This document shows positions 18,216 to 27,810 of a DNA stretch of 64,000 nt, piece after piece. The first letter of the stretch is position 1. The number at the start of each line of letters is the position of its first letter. Position numbers and translations under genes: made by a program. Origin of the DNA: Terriglobia bacterium. Its GTDB lineage: Bacteria; Acidobacteriota; Terriglobia; JAJPHL01; JAPKYU01. The DNA lies in assembly GCA_965206645.1 (NCBI GenBank), contig CBDBKE010000004.1:256001-320000 (forward strand). Reading direction: 5' to 3'. The notes beneath the pieces were generated by a model. It saw nothing but the letters and a program-made list of their open reading frames with translations, did not search any database and had not been told where the DNA came from.

Positions 18216-19043
18216 TCAAGCCCGGCCGCCCAGCGTCCCAGACGAGCTGGGTTCCCAATAAAATTCGCCACGGCAGACAATTTCCGCAGGGCCCGTCAGG
18301 CAGACGTCCGCTTCAGGTTCCCAGCGCACTTCCAGGTCGCCACCTTCGGTCAAAACCGTCACTGGCGAGCGGGCGCGCCCGGCGTGGATAGCAGCCACTG
18401 CGGCGGCTGCCGCGCCGGTGCCCGAAGATAGCGTGTGGCCGGCGCCGCGTTCCCAGAAGCGCGCTTCCACACGGTGCGCCTCGATCACGCGTACGAACTC
18501 CACGTTGGCGCCATCGGGCAACTGCGGATGACGTTCCAGCGCGCGGCCGCGCGCCTCCCAGTCGAAGCCGAAGCGCTCCACAAACGCCACACAGTGAGGA
18601 TTCCCGAGTCCCACGGCCAGCGTCTCCTCCGGACCAGGGGAAACGCTGGTTCCCCCGAGACGCATTTCAAAGCGGAACCGATTGCCGTCGCGGTCCAGTA
18701 ACCGCAGTTCTTTGGGCCCCGCTCCGGTGCGGATGCGGAGCCGCACCGGGTCGGCGGCCCGTCCCTCGGCCACCAGAACGGCGGCCACGCAACGCGTGCC
18801 GTTACCCGACAATTCGGCGGGGCTGCCGTCGCAGTTATAGAGGTGGATTTCGGCCGCAGCATCCCCCGAGGCACCCGACAGCAAATAGAGTCCGTCGGCG
18901 CCCACGCCGCAATGGCGGTCGCAGATACGGCGCACAAAGCCATCCAGCGGCGCCAGCCGGTGGGGATCTTCACTCACGATCAGGAAATCGTTGCCGCAGC
19001 CGTGTGCCTTTATGAAAGAAACTTGAACCATAGGGTGCCGCAT
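18216..19043 (-). CDS. dapF: Diaminopimelate epimerase, Ser/Ser active-site variant
   Basis: KAHGCGNDF, GVGADG, LSGNGTRC, GNPHCV, ANVEFV and WERGAGHTLSSGTG motifs. Confidence 0.88.
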   Translation of the reverse strand: MRHPMVQVSFIKAHGCGNDFLIVSEDPHRLAPLDGFVRRICDRHCGVGADGLYLLSGASGDAAAEIHLYNCDGSPAELSGNGTRCVAAVLVAEGRAADPVRLRIRTGAGPKELRLLDRDGNRFRFEMRLGGTSVSPGPEETLAVGLGNPHCVAFVERFGFDWEARGRALERHPQLPDGANVEFVRVIEAHRVEARFWERGAGHTLSSGTGAAAAAVAAIHAGRARSPVTVLTEGGDLEVRWEPEADVCLTGPAEIVCRGEFYWEPSSSGTLGGRA

Positions 19044-19057
19044 GAGGCGGGGCCGGG

Positions 19058-19960
19058 TCAGTCGAACGCGGTTAACTCCCGAAACTCGCGGTAGCGACGG
19101 TCAATCTCCGGACGCGTCAGTCTACGCAGGCGCTCCACGCCGAACTGTTCGACTGTAAAGCCGCCTAGCACCGATCCGTAGATCATGGCGCGCCGCAGCG
19201 CGGCTTCGTCCAGGGCGCCGGCCTCGGCCAGCGCCCCCAGGAAGCCGCCGGCGAAACTGTCGCCGGCACCGGTCGGGTCGCGCACCTGCTCCAGCGGGAA
19301 TCCCGGCGCAAGGAAGACGTGCCCGTCATGGAACATCACTGCGCCGTATTCTCCCCGCTTTGCCACCAACGTGCGAGGGCCCAGCGCCTGAATGCGCCGC
19401 GCCGCTACCGACAGGTTGTATTCCCCCGAAAGCTGACGCACCTCGCTGTCGTTGATCAGCAACACGTCCAGGCCCGCCAGCGTCCGGCGCAGTTGCTCCG
19501 GCTTGCGCTCAATCCAGAAATTCATCGTGTCGCCGGCCACCAGCTTCGGCGCCGACATTTGCGACTGCACGCTCTGTTGCAGTTCCGGGTCAATGTTGCC
19601 CAGAAACAGAAACTCGCTCTGGCGGTAGGCGGCGGGCAACTCCGGCTGGAATTCCGCAAAGACGTTCAACTGGGTTTCCAGCGTGCGGCGTTCATTGAGA
19701 TCGGCACTATACTCGCCGGACCAGAAAAAAGTTTTGCCGGGCCGACGCTCCAGACCGTCGATTGAGATGTTGCGGTCGCCGAAGACGGCCAGGTCAGCGT
19801 CGGTAAAATCCTCGCCCACCACCGCTACCAGCCGCACCGGGGTGAAGAAACTGGCGGCCAGGGCAAAATAGGTGGCCGAGCCGCCTAGCATGCGGTCTGC
19901 GCGTCCAAACGGAGTCTGGACGGCGTCAAAGGCGACCGAGCCGACAACCAGCGTAGCCAT
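19058..19960 (-). CDS. PfkB-family carbohydrate kinase
   Basis: VVGSVAFD, LGGSATY, DTMNFWI, KRGEYGA and DPTGAGDSFAGG motifs. Confidence 0.92.
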   Translation of the reverse strand: MATLVVGSVAFDAVQTPFGRADRMLGGSATYFALAASFFTPVRLVAVVGEDFTDADLAVFGDRNISIDGLERRPGKTFFWSGEYSADLNERRTLETQLNVFAEFQPELPAAYRQSEFLFLGNIDPELQQSVQSQMSAPKLVAGDTMNFWIERKPEQLRRTLAGLDVLLINDSEVRQLSGEYNLSVAARRIQALGPRTLVAKRGEYGAVMFHDGHVFLAPGFPLEQVRDPTGAGDSFAGGFLGALAEAGALDEAALRRAMIYGSVLGGFTVEQFGVERLRRLTRPEIDRRYREFRELTAFD

Positions 19961-20067
19961 AGGTATCGTGAGCCATCGTGGCCGTAGAAAGAAGCGCGGG
20001 GGATGAGAATGGATTCCCGCGCGAGCACCTGCCGTCCGGCCTCTCGGCCTGGATTTCGGCCTGGATT

Positions 20068-20319
20068 TCAGCCGGGATTGACCGGAGGAGGTTTGGGAGC
20101 CGGTGGCGGAAGTGCCCGCGCCTTCACTTCCGACTGGAAACCGGCCCGCTTGTGGTTGCCGTCGCAAAACGGTTTGTTCTCGGAATGCCCGCAGCGGCAC
20201 AAGGAGAGCACGGTGCGCCCGGCAATGTCGAACGCGTTGCCTTGCGCATCGTGGATCGTGAATTGCCCTTCGACCCGCAGCGGGCCGTTGTTGTTTGCGG
20301 TAATTTTGGTTTCAGCCAT
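20068..20319 (-). CDS. CDGSH iron-sulfur domain protein
   Basis: NGPLRVEG and LCRCGHSENKPFCDGNH motifs. Confidence 0.92.
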   Translation of the reverse strand: MAETKITANNNGPLRVEGQFTIHDAQGNAFDIAGRTVLSLCRCGHSENKPFCDGNHKRAGFQSEVKARALPPPAPKPPPVNPG

Positions 20320-20397
20320 TCCTTCTCCCGGGGTTTTTTGGAGGCATCATCATACCCCGTCGGCGCGTTTTCGGCCACTATCGGCGCTTCGTTCCGA

Positions 20398-21498
20398 TCA
20401 GATACTTTGACGGCTGCTTTGGTCCGTTGGGAATCCCACGAACTGGGGTTCGGGAGCCAGAAGGATGCCAAACCGGTCGCCGACGCCTTGCTGAATCTCG
20501 CGCATCAGGGCCAACACCTCACCAGCCGAAGCGCCACCGAGGTTGACCAAAGCCAGGGTGTGCTTACTGGAGAGGCCAACCCGGCCGCTCCGGTAGCCTT
20601 TGGAGAAGCCCGCGCGCTCGATCAGCCAGGCTGCCGGCACTTTTACACGGCCGGCGCCGTTACGGACCGGGTAGCGCGGGACCGGGGCCGGGGCGCGGGC
20701 CGAGATCTCCGCATATTGCTGCTCGCTAACGATGGGGTTCTTGAAGAACGAGCCCGCGCTGCGGCAGTCGGGTTCGCCCGAGACCAGCAGCATTGCCTTG
20801 CTGGCTCGAATGGCGCGGACCGCCTCGCGCACCTCGCGCAAGCCAGGATTACCGCCACCACCGGCAAAGTAGTTCTGCACCTCGGGATACTTCAAGCTCG
20901 GCTGGCCGTCGCGGAGCAGAGCATAGGTGACCGACAGCACGATGTAGCGTTCACGCGCCGTGCTCAAGAAGATGCTGTGCCGATAGGAGAAGCCGCACTC
21001 GGCGTTGTTGAGTGAGTTGTTGAGTGAGAAGATGCGCCGGCTGAGCCGATCGCACACCCGAACCGCCACGATCGTCTCCGAGACCTCCTGGCCGTAGGCG
21101 CCCACGTTCTGGATGGGGGTTCCGCCGACAGAGCCGGGAATTCCGCTCAGGCATTCCACGCCGCCCAGTCCGCGCTCGACCGAGGAAGCTACAAGGCCGT
21201 CCCAATCGTCTCCAGCTCCCACCGTCATGACCACTTTGTCGCCCTGGGTGTGTTCGGAGACGCCGCGGACACCCATGCGCAAAACCAGGCCGGGAAAGCC
21301 TTCGTCGGCTACCAGGATGTTACTACCCCCGCCCAGGATGAACGACGGCAGGCCGCGCTGCTCGGCAAAGTCCAGTGCAGCCACGGCAGTTTGCTCGTCG
21401 CGCGCCTCCATGAAAAAACGCGCCGGCCCGCCGATGCCCAGCGTGGTCAGCGGCGCCAGGGAGACATTCTCGCGGATCTGGAGGCGGCTGCTCTGCAC
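20398..21498 (-). CDS. murB: UDP-N-acetylenolpyruvoylglucosamine reductase
   Basis: TTLGIGGPA, LGGGSN, GIPGSVGGTPIQNVGAYG, SAGSFFKNP and KHTLALVN motifs. Confidence 0.95.
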   Translation of the reverse strand: MQSSRLQIRENVSLAPLTTLGIGGPARFFMEARDEQTAVAALDFAEQRGLPSFILGGGSNILVADEGFPGLVLRMGVRGVSEHTQGDKVVMTVGAGDDWDGLVASSVERGLGGVECLSGIPGSVGGTPIQNVGAYGQEVSETIVAVRVCDRLSRRIFSLNNSLNNAECGFSYRHSIFLSTARERYIVLSVTYALLRDGQPSLKYPEVQNYFAGGGGNPGLREVREAVRAIRASKAMLLVSGEPDCRSAGSFFKNPIVSEQQYAEISARAPAPVPRYPVRNGAGRVKVPAAWLIERAGFSKGYRSGRVGLSSKHTLALVNLGGASAGEVLALMREIQQGVGDRFGILLAPEPQFVGFPTDQSSRQSI

Positions 21499-21825
21499 TC
21501 AGATCATGATATCTGAAGACCGAGCTACCAACAGGGTGCTGAAAAACTGATTTGTGGACCGCTTGCTTACGCGCGCGGCTCGGTAACCGCCGGTGAATCA
21601 GCCGAGCTGATTCAAAGCCGCGACCGTTAGCGAGCGGTTCCCCGGGTTTTTCAGCACCCTGCCAGAGGCGTTGGACAACCGCGCCAGGGGCGACGAACCA
21701 GGGACGAGAAAAGGGATACCTCTTGAGGGAAGCGAATGGTTCGCTGGCTTGGGTGCTATGAGGAGCGGATTCCTCGCAGTCTGGGACCTCGGCCACGGCC
21801 TGCGCTACGGGGGCAGTGCTGTCAG

Positions 21826-22704
21826 CTATTTCCGGCGCGCTGCCGGTGGGCGGGCCGGTGGGTGGGAAGGTTTGGCGGTCTCGGCGGAGTGAAGCAGGTC
21901 GCGCAGCAGGTCCGCGCAGCCAGCCTGAAAGTTCGCCAGTGCGGCTTGCGACGCTTGCTGCAAGGCACGGTCGCCTTCGACCCGCAACTGTTCCAGGCGG
22001 GTCGTCAGCTGACGGCCCTGTTTCTCCAGGCGCTCCTGGAACCTTTGCAGTTGCGTTTCCGCCTCCTCGTCCAGGTACTTGGCGTGTTGCACGCCGGTCT
22101 GGTCCACCGCTTCGCGCAGCCGCTTCAGGTTTTCGTCCACCGTTTCTTCGGCCCGGTGGGCCAGGTCTTCCAACAAGCTGCGGAAAGTGGTCTGGATCGT
22201 GCTCCGGGCGAGTTGTTGCAACTGCCGACCTGCGGTATCCATAGCGCCCTGCAGTTCGCGGGTAAACCGCTCGCGAAGCGTGTCAATTTCCTGAGTGCAG
22301 TGGCGCAAGTGATCGTCGGCATGGGCTCGCAGCAGGACCAGTTCTTCGGTCACTCCGGCCAGGGCGGTGGTGGCGTCGATGCTTTCCGGGGACGACGTCG
22401 CCGCCGTTCCGGCCGGAAACCGGAGTCCCCAGAAATTCTCCACGGGGACCAGGAACTGGAAGTTCCACTCCGTGCCCTCGTTGCCAGTCTCCATCGCCTT
22501 CACAATCTCGACTTCGGCTTCCTCATCGGGCCGTGCCAGCAGGCGCAATTGAAGGTGGCTGCCCTTTTCCAGCAGGTGTTGGGTGAGCAGCCGACCGCCT
22601 CGTTTCTCGACGGCTGTCGTGCGTGTGCGTTCTTCGAAAGGCTTGCCGGCTGCGTCCACACCGGAACAGAGAACGGTGAGCTTTAGCGCCAATGCAGCGC
22701 TCAT
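21826..22704 (-). CDS. Hypothetical protein: PilZ-like N-terminal domain plus a coiled-coil
   Basis: GVDAAGKPFEERTRT...NFWG resembles acidobacterial PilZ-like domains; helical Q/E/L-rich C-terminal half. Confidence 0.55.
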   Translation of the reverse strand: MSAALALKLTVLCSGVDAAGKPFEERTRTTAVEKRGGRLLTQHLLEKGSHLQLRLLARPDEEAEVEIVKAMETGNEGTEWNFQFLVPVENFWGLRFPAGTAATSSPESIDATTALAGVTEELVLLRAHADDHLRHCTQEIDTLRERFTRELQGAMDTAGRQLQQLARSTIQTTFRSLLEDLAHRAEETVDENLKRLREAVDQTGVQHAKYLDEEAETQLQRFQERLEKQGRQLTTRLEQLRVEGDRALQQASQAALANFQAGCADLLRDLLHSAETAKPSHPPARPPAARRK

Positions 22705-22896
22705 AGGCTCCTCCCGCCGGGATTATACAACGGCCGGAGCAGGCGGCCGTGGGCAAAAACTTGAAGCCCAAAAAAGCGCTTCCGGCCCAGGTGCTTTTTG
22801 AGTAACATGGGGGTCCACGACCGACCCGTTTGCTTGAGAAAAGACCATTTCCGATGTTCCCATTGAGCTGGACGCAGCCCTCAGAGGAGAGCCCTT

Positions 22897-23541
22897 ATGA
22901 GTAAAAAGAAACGAAAAACACCGCCTCCCGGCCGGAAAGGATTTTCGCGCCGCGACTTCCTGAGAGGCGCGAGTGTGGCTGTTCCGACCGGGTTGTTGGT
23001 GAGCGAAGTCGGCCCGGCGGAAGCGGCCGGGCATGAGGCGGCGGTGTTGGGCCCGGGCAAGGTGCCGTTCAGCCTGCGCATCAACGGCAAGGTTCAAAAG
23101 GTGGAACTGGAGCCGCGGGTGACGCTGCTGGACGCATTGCGCAATCACCTGGACCTCACCGGGGCCAAGAAGGTGTGCGACCGGGGAACTTGTGGCGCCT
23201 GTACGGTCGTGGTTGACGGCGCCCCTGTTTATGCCTGCAGCCTGCTCGCCGTCGAAGCCCGGGGCAAGGCTATCACCACAGTGGAAGCCCTCGGTGAGGG
23301 CGACCAACTGGACCCCGTCCAGGCGGCCTTCGTCAAGCACGACGCACAGCAGTGCGGCTTCTGCACTCCCGGCTTCGTCGTGGCCTGCAAAGCTTTCCTG
23401 GACAAACACCCCGACCCCACCCGCAAGCAGGTCCGTCAGGGCTTGGGCGGCAACCTGTGCCGTTGCGGTACTTACGTGGGTATCGAAGAGGCGGTCCTAG
23501 AGGCCGCCAAGGCCCAGAGAGGAGGGAGCGCCAATGCCTGA
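22897..23541 (+). CDS. Xanthine dehydrogenase-family 2x[2Fe-2S] subunit with Tat motif (PaoA/YagT-like)
   Basis: SRRDFLRG; CDRGTCGACT...C; QCGFCTPG; NLCRCG. Confidence 0.92.
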   Translation: MSKKKRKTPPPGRKGFSRRDFLRGASVAVPTGLLVSEVGPAEAAGHEAAVLGPGKVPFSLRINGKVQKVELEPRVTLLDALRNHLDLTGAKKVCDRGTCGACTVVVDGAPVYACSLLAVEARGKAITTVEALGEGDQLDPVQAAFVKHDAQQCGFCTPGFVVACKAFLDKHPDPTRKQVRQGLGGNLCRCGTYVGIEEAVLEAAKAQRGGSANA

Positions 23542-25669
23542 GTATTCTTGGCCCAAAGCGGGGAAGCGTAGCCACATCGGTGGACGATACGACCGGTTGG
23601 ACGGACCGGTGAAGGTGACCGGCGAGGCGAAATACACCTACGACATCAACCGGCCGGGCATGCTTTTCGCGCGCGCCCTCCGTTGCCCTTACGCGCATGC
23701 CCGCCTCCTCAGCATTGACACCAGCGCTGCCGAGCGCATGCCGGGGGTCAAGGCGGTCCGAGTGCTGAAGAAGCCGGGCGATGCGATTCAGTGGGAGATG
23801 GAAGACGTGGCTGTGGTCGCAGCTGAGAGCGAAGAGCTCGCTGAGGACGCAGTCCGCAAGATTGCCGTCAAGTTCGAGAAGCTGCCGCACATGGTAAAGG
23901 CATCCAACCTGGCGGAGGTTGGCGACCGGGCTAAGCCGGAGGATGAGCAGACTACCGGCGAGCCGGATCAGGGCTTCCAGGAAGCCGAAGTCATCTCAGA
24001 AGGCGAATACGGCATCGAGGTGATCGCGCACTCCTGCATGGAGTCTCACGGCACGGTGGCCGAATGGGAGGGCGACCAACTCACGGCCTGGGTTTCCACC
24101 CAGAATGTCTCTGGAGTGGCTACCCAATTTGCCCAGCCTCTGAACATCCCTAACACTAATGTGCGCATCCTCTGCGACTACATGGGCGGCGGCTTCGGCA
24201 GCAAGTTTGCCGCGGATGTGTGGGGCGTCGAAGCGGCCCGGCTGGCCAAGGCGACCGGGCGCCCGGTCAAGTTCATGCTGGACCGCGGCCCCGAATTGCA
24301 ACTGGCCGGAGCCCGTCCCTCGGCCTTTGCCAAGATCAAGGTAGGGGCTAAGAAGGATGGGACGCTGGTCGCCTGGCAGAGTGAAGCCTGGGGCACCGGG
24401 GGCTTGGCCGGGCGGGGGGGACCGCCACTGCCTTACATCTTCACCAAGATTCCCAACATCCGCCGGCGCTACACTCCCGTTTCCACCAACACTGGCGCCG
24501 CGCGCGCATGGCGCGCTCCCAACCACCCTCAGGCCGCGGCGCTCACCATGGGCGCGCTGGATGACCTCGCGGCCAAGCTGAACATGGACCCGCTGGGGCT
24601 TTTCTTGAAAAACCTTCACCTGACCGGCGGCGGGCGGGCCGACGACTACAAGGCGGAGTTACTGAAGTGCGCTGAGATGATTGACTGGATGAAGAACGTC
24701 CACCCTCGCGGAGACAAGACGCCTGGGCCAATCAAGCGCGGCCAGGGCCTGTCCATGCACACCTGGGGCGGCCGCGCCCACAACAGCCAGTGCGACGTGA
24801 GAATTCATCCGGATGGCTCAGTGAAGGTAAACCTAGGCAGTCAGGACCTGGGGACGGGCACCCGCACGGTGATCGCCCAGGTGGCGGCGGAGACCTTCGG
24901 GTTGCCAGTGAATGCCGTCCAGGTGAACATCGGCGACAATCGCTACCCGCAGTCGGGGGCTTCTGGTGGCAGCACCACCGTGGGCGGCGTCAGCGCCTCG
25001 ACGCGGCGCGGCGCCACCGATGCGCTCGAGCAGCTGTTTGCTAAGGTGGCCCCGGCGCTGGGCGCCCCGGCCGAGGAGCTGGAAGCCGTGGGCGGCAAGA
25101 TCCAGGTGAAGGGCAACGCAGCTAAGAGTCTCACCTGGAAGCAGGCCTGCGGCAAGATCGGATCCACCTCCATCGCAACTCGCGGACAGAACCCCGGTCC
25201 CGGCAAGTTAACGGACAGCGGAGTTGGCGGCGTGCAGATGGCCGACGTCTCGGTGGATATCGAAACCGGCGTGGTCACGCTCAATAAGCTCGTCGCCGCG
25301 CAGGACTGCGGGCTCATCGTAAACCTGAAGCTGGCCGAGAGCCAGGTGATGGGCGCCTTGATACAGGGCGTCTGCTACGCCCTGTATGAAGAGCGGATCG
25401 TCGATCGGGTCACCGGGCGGCTGTTAAACCCGGATTTGGAGTATTACAAGCTGGCTGGGCTCGGCGATATCGGCACGTTCCAGGTCCACATGATGACCGG
25501 CAAGGGGTATGACGAGCGCGGCATCATCGGGTTGGGCGAGCCGCCGGTGATTTCACCGGGAGCGGCCATCTCCAACGCGGTTGCCAACGCCATTGGCGTG
25601 CGCGTCCCGCACCTGCCGTTGACTCCGGATCGGGTGCTTGCGGCACTGGAGAAAGGGAGGGTAGGCTGA
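23534..25669 (+). CDS. Xanthine dehydrogenase-family molybdopterin-binding subunit (PaoC/YagR-like)
   Basis: KVTGEAKYTYD, MGGGFGSK, AWRAPNH, GSQDLGTG, SGGSTT and GLGEPP motifs. Confidence 0.93.
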   Translation: MPEYSWPKAGKRSHIGGRYDRLDGPVKVTGEAKYTYDINRPGMLFARALRCPYAHARLLSIDTSAAERMPGVKAVRVLKKPGDAIQWEMEDVAVVAAESEELAEDAVRKIAVKFEKLPHMVKASNLAEVGDRAKPEDEQTTGEPDQGFQEAEVISEGEYGIEVIAHSCMESHGTVAEWEGDQLTAWVSTQNVSGVATQFAQPLNIPNTNVRILCDYMGGGFGSKFAADVWGVEAARLAKATGRPVKFMLDRGPELQLAGARPSAFAKIKVGAKKDGTLVAWQSEAWGTGGLAGRGGPPLPYIFTKIPNIRRRYTPVSTNTGAARAWRAPNHPQAAALTMGALDDLAAKLNMDPLGLFLKNLHLTGGGRADDYKAELLKCAEMIDWMKNVHPRGDKTPGPIKRGQGLSMHTWGGRAHNSQCDVRIHPDGSVKVNLGSQDLGTGTRTVIAQVAAETFGLPVNAVQVNIGDNRYPQSGASGGSTTVGGVSASTRRGATDALEQLFAKVAPALGAPAEELEAVGGKIQVKGNAAKSLTWKQACGKIGSTSIATRGQNPGPGKLTDSGVGGVQMADVSVDIETGVVTLNKLVAAQDCGLIVNLKLAESQVMGALIQGVCYALYEERIVDRVTGRLLNPDLEYYKLAGLGDIGTFQVHMMTGKGYDERGIIGLGEPPVISPGAAISNAVANAIGVRVPHLPLTPDRVLAALEKGRVG

Positions 25670-26646
25670 TGCAGGTCTTCGAGTATGCCACCCCAACAAC
25701 CAAAGAGCAGGCCGTCCAGGCCCTGGGATCAAGCTGGGGAGAAACGGAAGTCCTGGCTGGAGGGACCGACCTGGTCAGCCTGATGAAGGAATACTTGTCC
25801 AGCCCCAAACGCGTGGTGGACATCAAGGGCATCCGGGAACTGAGGGGCATCGCGCCGAAAGGGGGCGGCCTGCGCATCGGCGCACTGGTTACTTTGCAGG
25901 AGTTGGCAGACGCCACCGCGGTCCGTGAGCAGTACCCGGCGCTGGTGCAAGCCGCAATGGGGGTAGCCAGTCCGCAGATTCGCGCGCGGGGAACCGTGGG
26001 CGGCGAGTTGTGCCAACGCCCCCGCTGCTGGTACTACCGGGCCGGGTTTGGCCTGCTGGCCGAGCACGACGGCAAGCCGCTGGTGCCCGAGGGTGAAAAT
26101 CGCTACCACGCCATCTTCGGAGTAGGGCCGGCCTACTTCGTGAACCCGTCCAGCATGGCGCCGGCGCTGATTGCACTGAGGGCTAGGCTGCGACTTTTTG
26201 GGCCACGGGGCGCGCGAGAAGTGGCGCTAGCGGATTTCTTTGTGATTCCCAACTCCAGCAATGAGCGCGAGAACGTTCTGAAACCGAACGAAATCGTGGC
26301 CGAAATCCTGGTGCCTCCCTCTGGCGGCTTCAACGCCACCTACGAAGTGCGGCAGAGGACGGCGCTCGATTGGCCGCTGGTGGCCGCCGCGGTGGAACTC
26401 GACCTCAGGGGCAAGACGGTCCGCGACGTTCGCGTCGTGCTGGGGCACGTGGCGCCAATTCCCTGGCGCTCGCGGGAGGCCGGGGAGGCGCTGCTGAAAG
26501 GCATCCAGATTAGCGAGGAGACAGCTATGGCTGCGGGCCTGGCGGCTGTCCGTAAGGCCCAGCCGCTCAGCGGGAACGCCTACAAGGTGCAACTGGCCCG
26601 CACGGCGGTAAAGCGCGCGAGCCTGCTGGCCGCGCAAGGAGCGTAA
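25669..26646 (+). CDS. Xanthine dehydrogenase-family FAD-binding subunit (PaoB/YagS-like)
   Basis: LAGGTDL, ASPQIRARGTVGG, QRPRCWYYR, VAPIPWR and NAYKV motifs. Confidence 0.92.
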   Translation: MQVFEYATPTTKEQAVQALGSSWGETEVLAGGTDLVSLMKEYLSSPKRVVDIKGIRELRGIAPKGGGLRIGALVTLQELADATAVREQYPALVQAAMGVASPQIRARGTVGGELCQRPRCWYYRAGFGLLAEHDGKPLVPEGENRYHAIFGVGPAYFVNPSSMAPALIALRARLRLFGPRGAREVALADFFVIPNSSNERENVLKPNEIVAEILVPPSGGFNATYEVRQRTALDWPLVAAAVELDLRGKTVRDVRVVLGHVAPIPWRSREAGEALLKGIQISEETAMAAGLAAVRKAQPLSGNAYKVQLARTAVKRASLLAAQGA

Positions 26647-26648
26647 CC

Positions 26649-26876
26649 ATGGCCGAATCACTGAACCCCGGATCACTGAACATTGTGGGGCACGAGCGGT
26701 GTCGCTTCCTGACCTCCAAAGAAATGCTGCTGGATGTCGAGCGCGACCCGTCTGAGCTGGCATCTGACTCCGGCCCGTTCTGGTGCGCACTCACACAGAC
26801 CTGCCTGGGACCGGACGGGCAACTGGCCGATGATCGGGGATGCAGCCACGGCCGGTCCTGTTACGACGGGGTTTGA
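26649..26876 (+). CDS. Small Cys-rich hypothetical protein (75 aa)
   Basis: ATG 2 nt after the FAD-subunit stop; CRFLTSK...FWCALTQTCLGPDG...C..GRSCY. Confidence 0.7.
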   Translation: MAESLNPGSLNIVGHERCRFLTSKEMLLDVERDPSELASDSGPFWCALTQTCLGPDGQLADDRGCSHGRSCYDGV

Positions 26877-26981
26877 TCCAGCAGTCGTGATACGACCAGC
26901 AGTGCTTGTGATACAATAGCGGGGTCTCTTTGTTCGGCGTGACATAGGCAAAGGGTTCTGATTTCCCAAGGAGGGTAGCGC

Positions 26982-27668
26982 ATGCGCAAGTCAGTTCTGG
27001 CAGCGGCTTTGGTGGTGCTGGTAGCAACCACCGGGGCAGTCGCCGCGCAGATCTCGGGCAACTACCTCGAGGCTCGGACCGCCAGTGTGTACGTGGGAGC
27101 CTGTTTCGCCAACTCCGAAGTCGGCCTAATCGGCAACGAGGCGGTATTGGGGTGGCAGGTTACCAACGGGGGCTGGAACGACGTTCCATTGACTGGCCTG
27201 GCCGTGGTCGGCGTCGTCCGTGCCAGCCACACCCTGGGGGACCCTCACCACAGCGCGCTTCCGGCCTCTTCCATTGTCATTGTGGACGAGCGGGCCACTA
27301 AGGAGCAGGAAGAGGCGCTGGTGGGCTTCGCCCGTTCCCAGGTTCCGGAGCTTTTCGAGAGCGTCCTGCACGTCGAGAGGGCAGCGATTGAATTCGAGGT
27401 CGGCGAGGCGCGGAGCGGAAGCGGTCACGAGTCCCACGGGAGGACGGCCAAGCTCGTGGTCGGTGACCTGGCGCGTATCGTGACTCGGGCTCTCCGGCAC
27501 GAGGATGCCTCCTGCGCCAATCCCGAGGTGTACTATCCGCCGTTGGCCCAAGTGAATGAGGCTGTGCCAGCTTTCGCGACCACGCATGAATTCAAGGGCA
27601 ACGGCCTCGGGACGGTTTGGAGCGTGCCGAACCGGCCCAGCGCCTTTGTGGCGACGTTTGCGCGGTAG
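26982..27668 (+). CDS. Exported DUF1326-like protein
   Basis: AGGAGG RBS, signal peptide, GNYLEARTASVYVGACFANSE, IVDERA and YYPPL motifs. Confidence 0.7.
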   Translation: MRKSVLAAALVVLVATTGAVAAQISGNYLEARTASVYVGACFANSEVGLIGNEAVLGWQVTNGGWNDVPLTGLAVVGVVRASHTLGDPHHSALPASSIVIVDERATKEQEEALVGFARSQVPELFESVLHVERAAIEFEVGEARSGSGHESHGRTAKLVVGDLARIVTRALRHEDASCANPEVYYPPLAQVNEAVPAFATTHEFKGNGLGTVWSVPNRPSAFVATFAR

Positions 27669-27810
27669 TTCCGGCACGCGATAGTTCTGGCGCGCGGTAG
27701 TTCGGGCCTACGGCCAAGCGGACTTGAGTAGCAAGAACGGGGAGGGGCTATGTGCGTCGTGGCTTCTCCCCTTTCGTTTTACAGGAATGTTTGCAGGAAT
27801 GAGGGACCGC

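Noticed and set aside
18064-18261. 65-aa ORF after the PCYCGC gene
   Set aside because: Out-of-frame shadow; the UGA-readthrough frame gives the family-like C-terminus.
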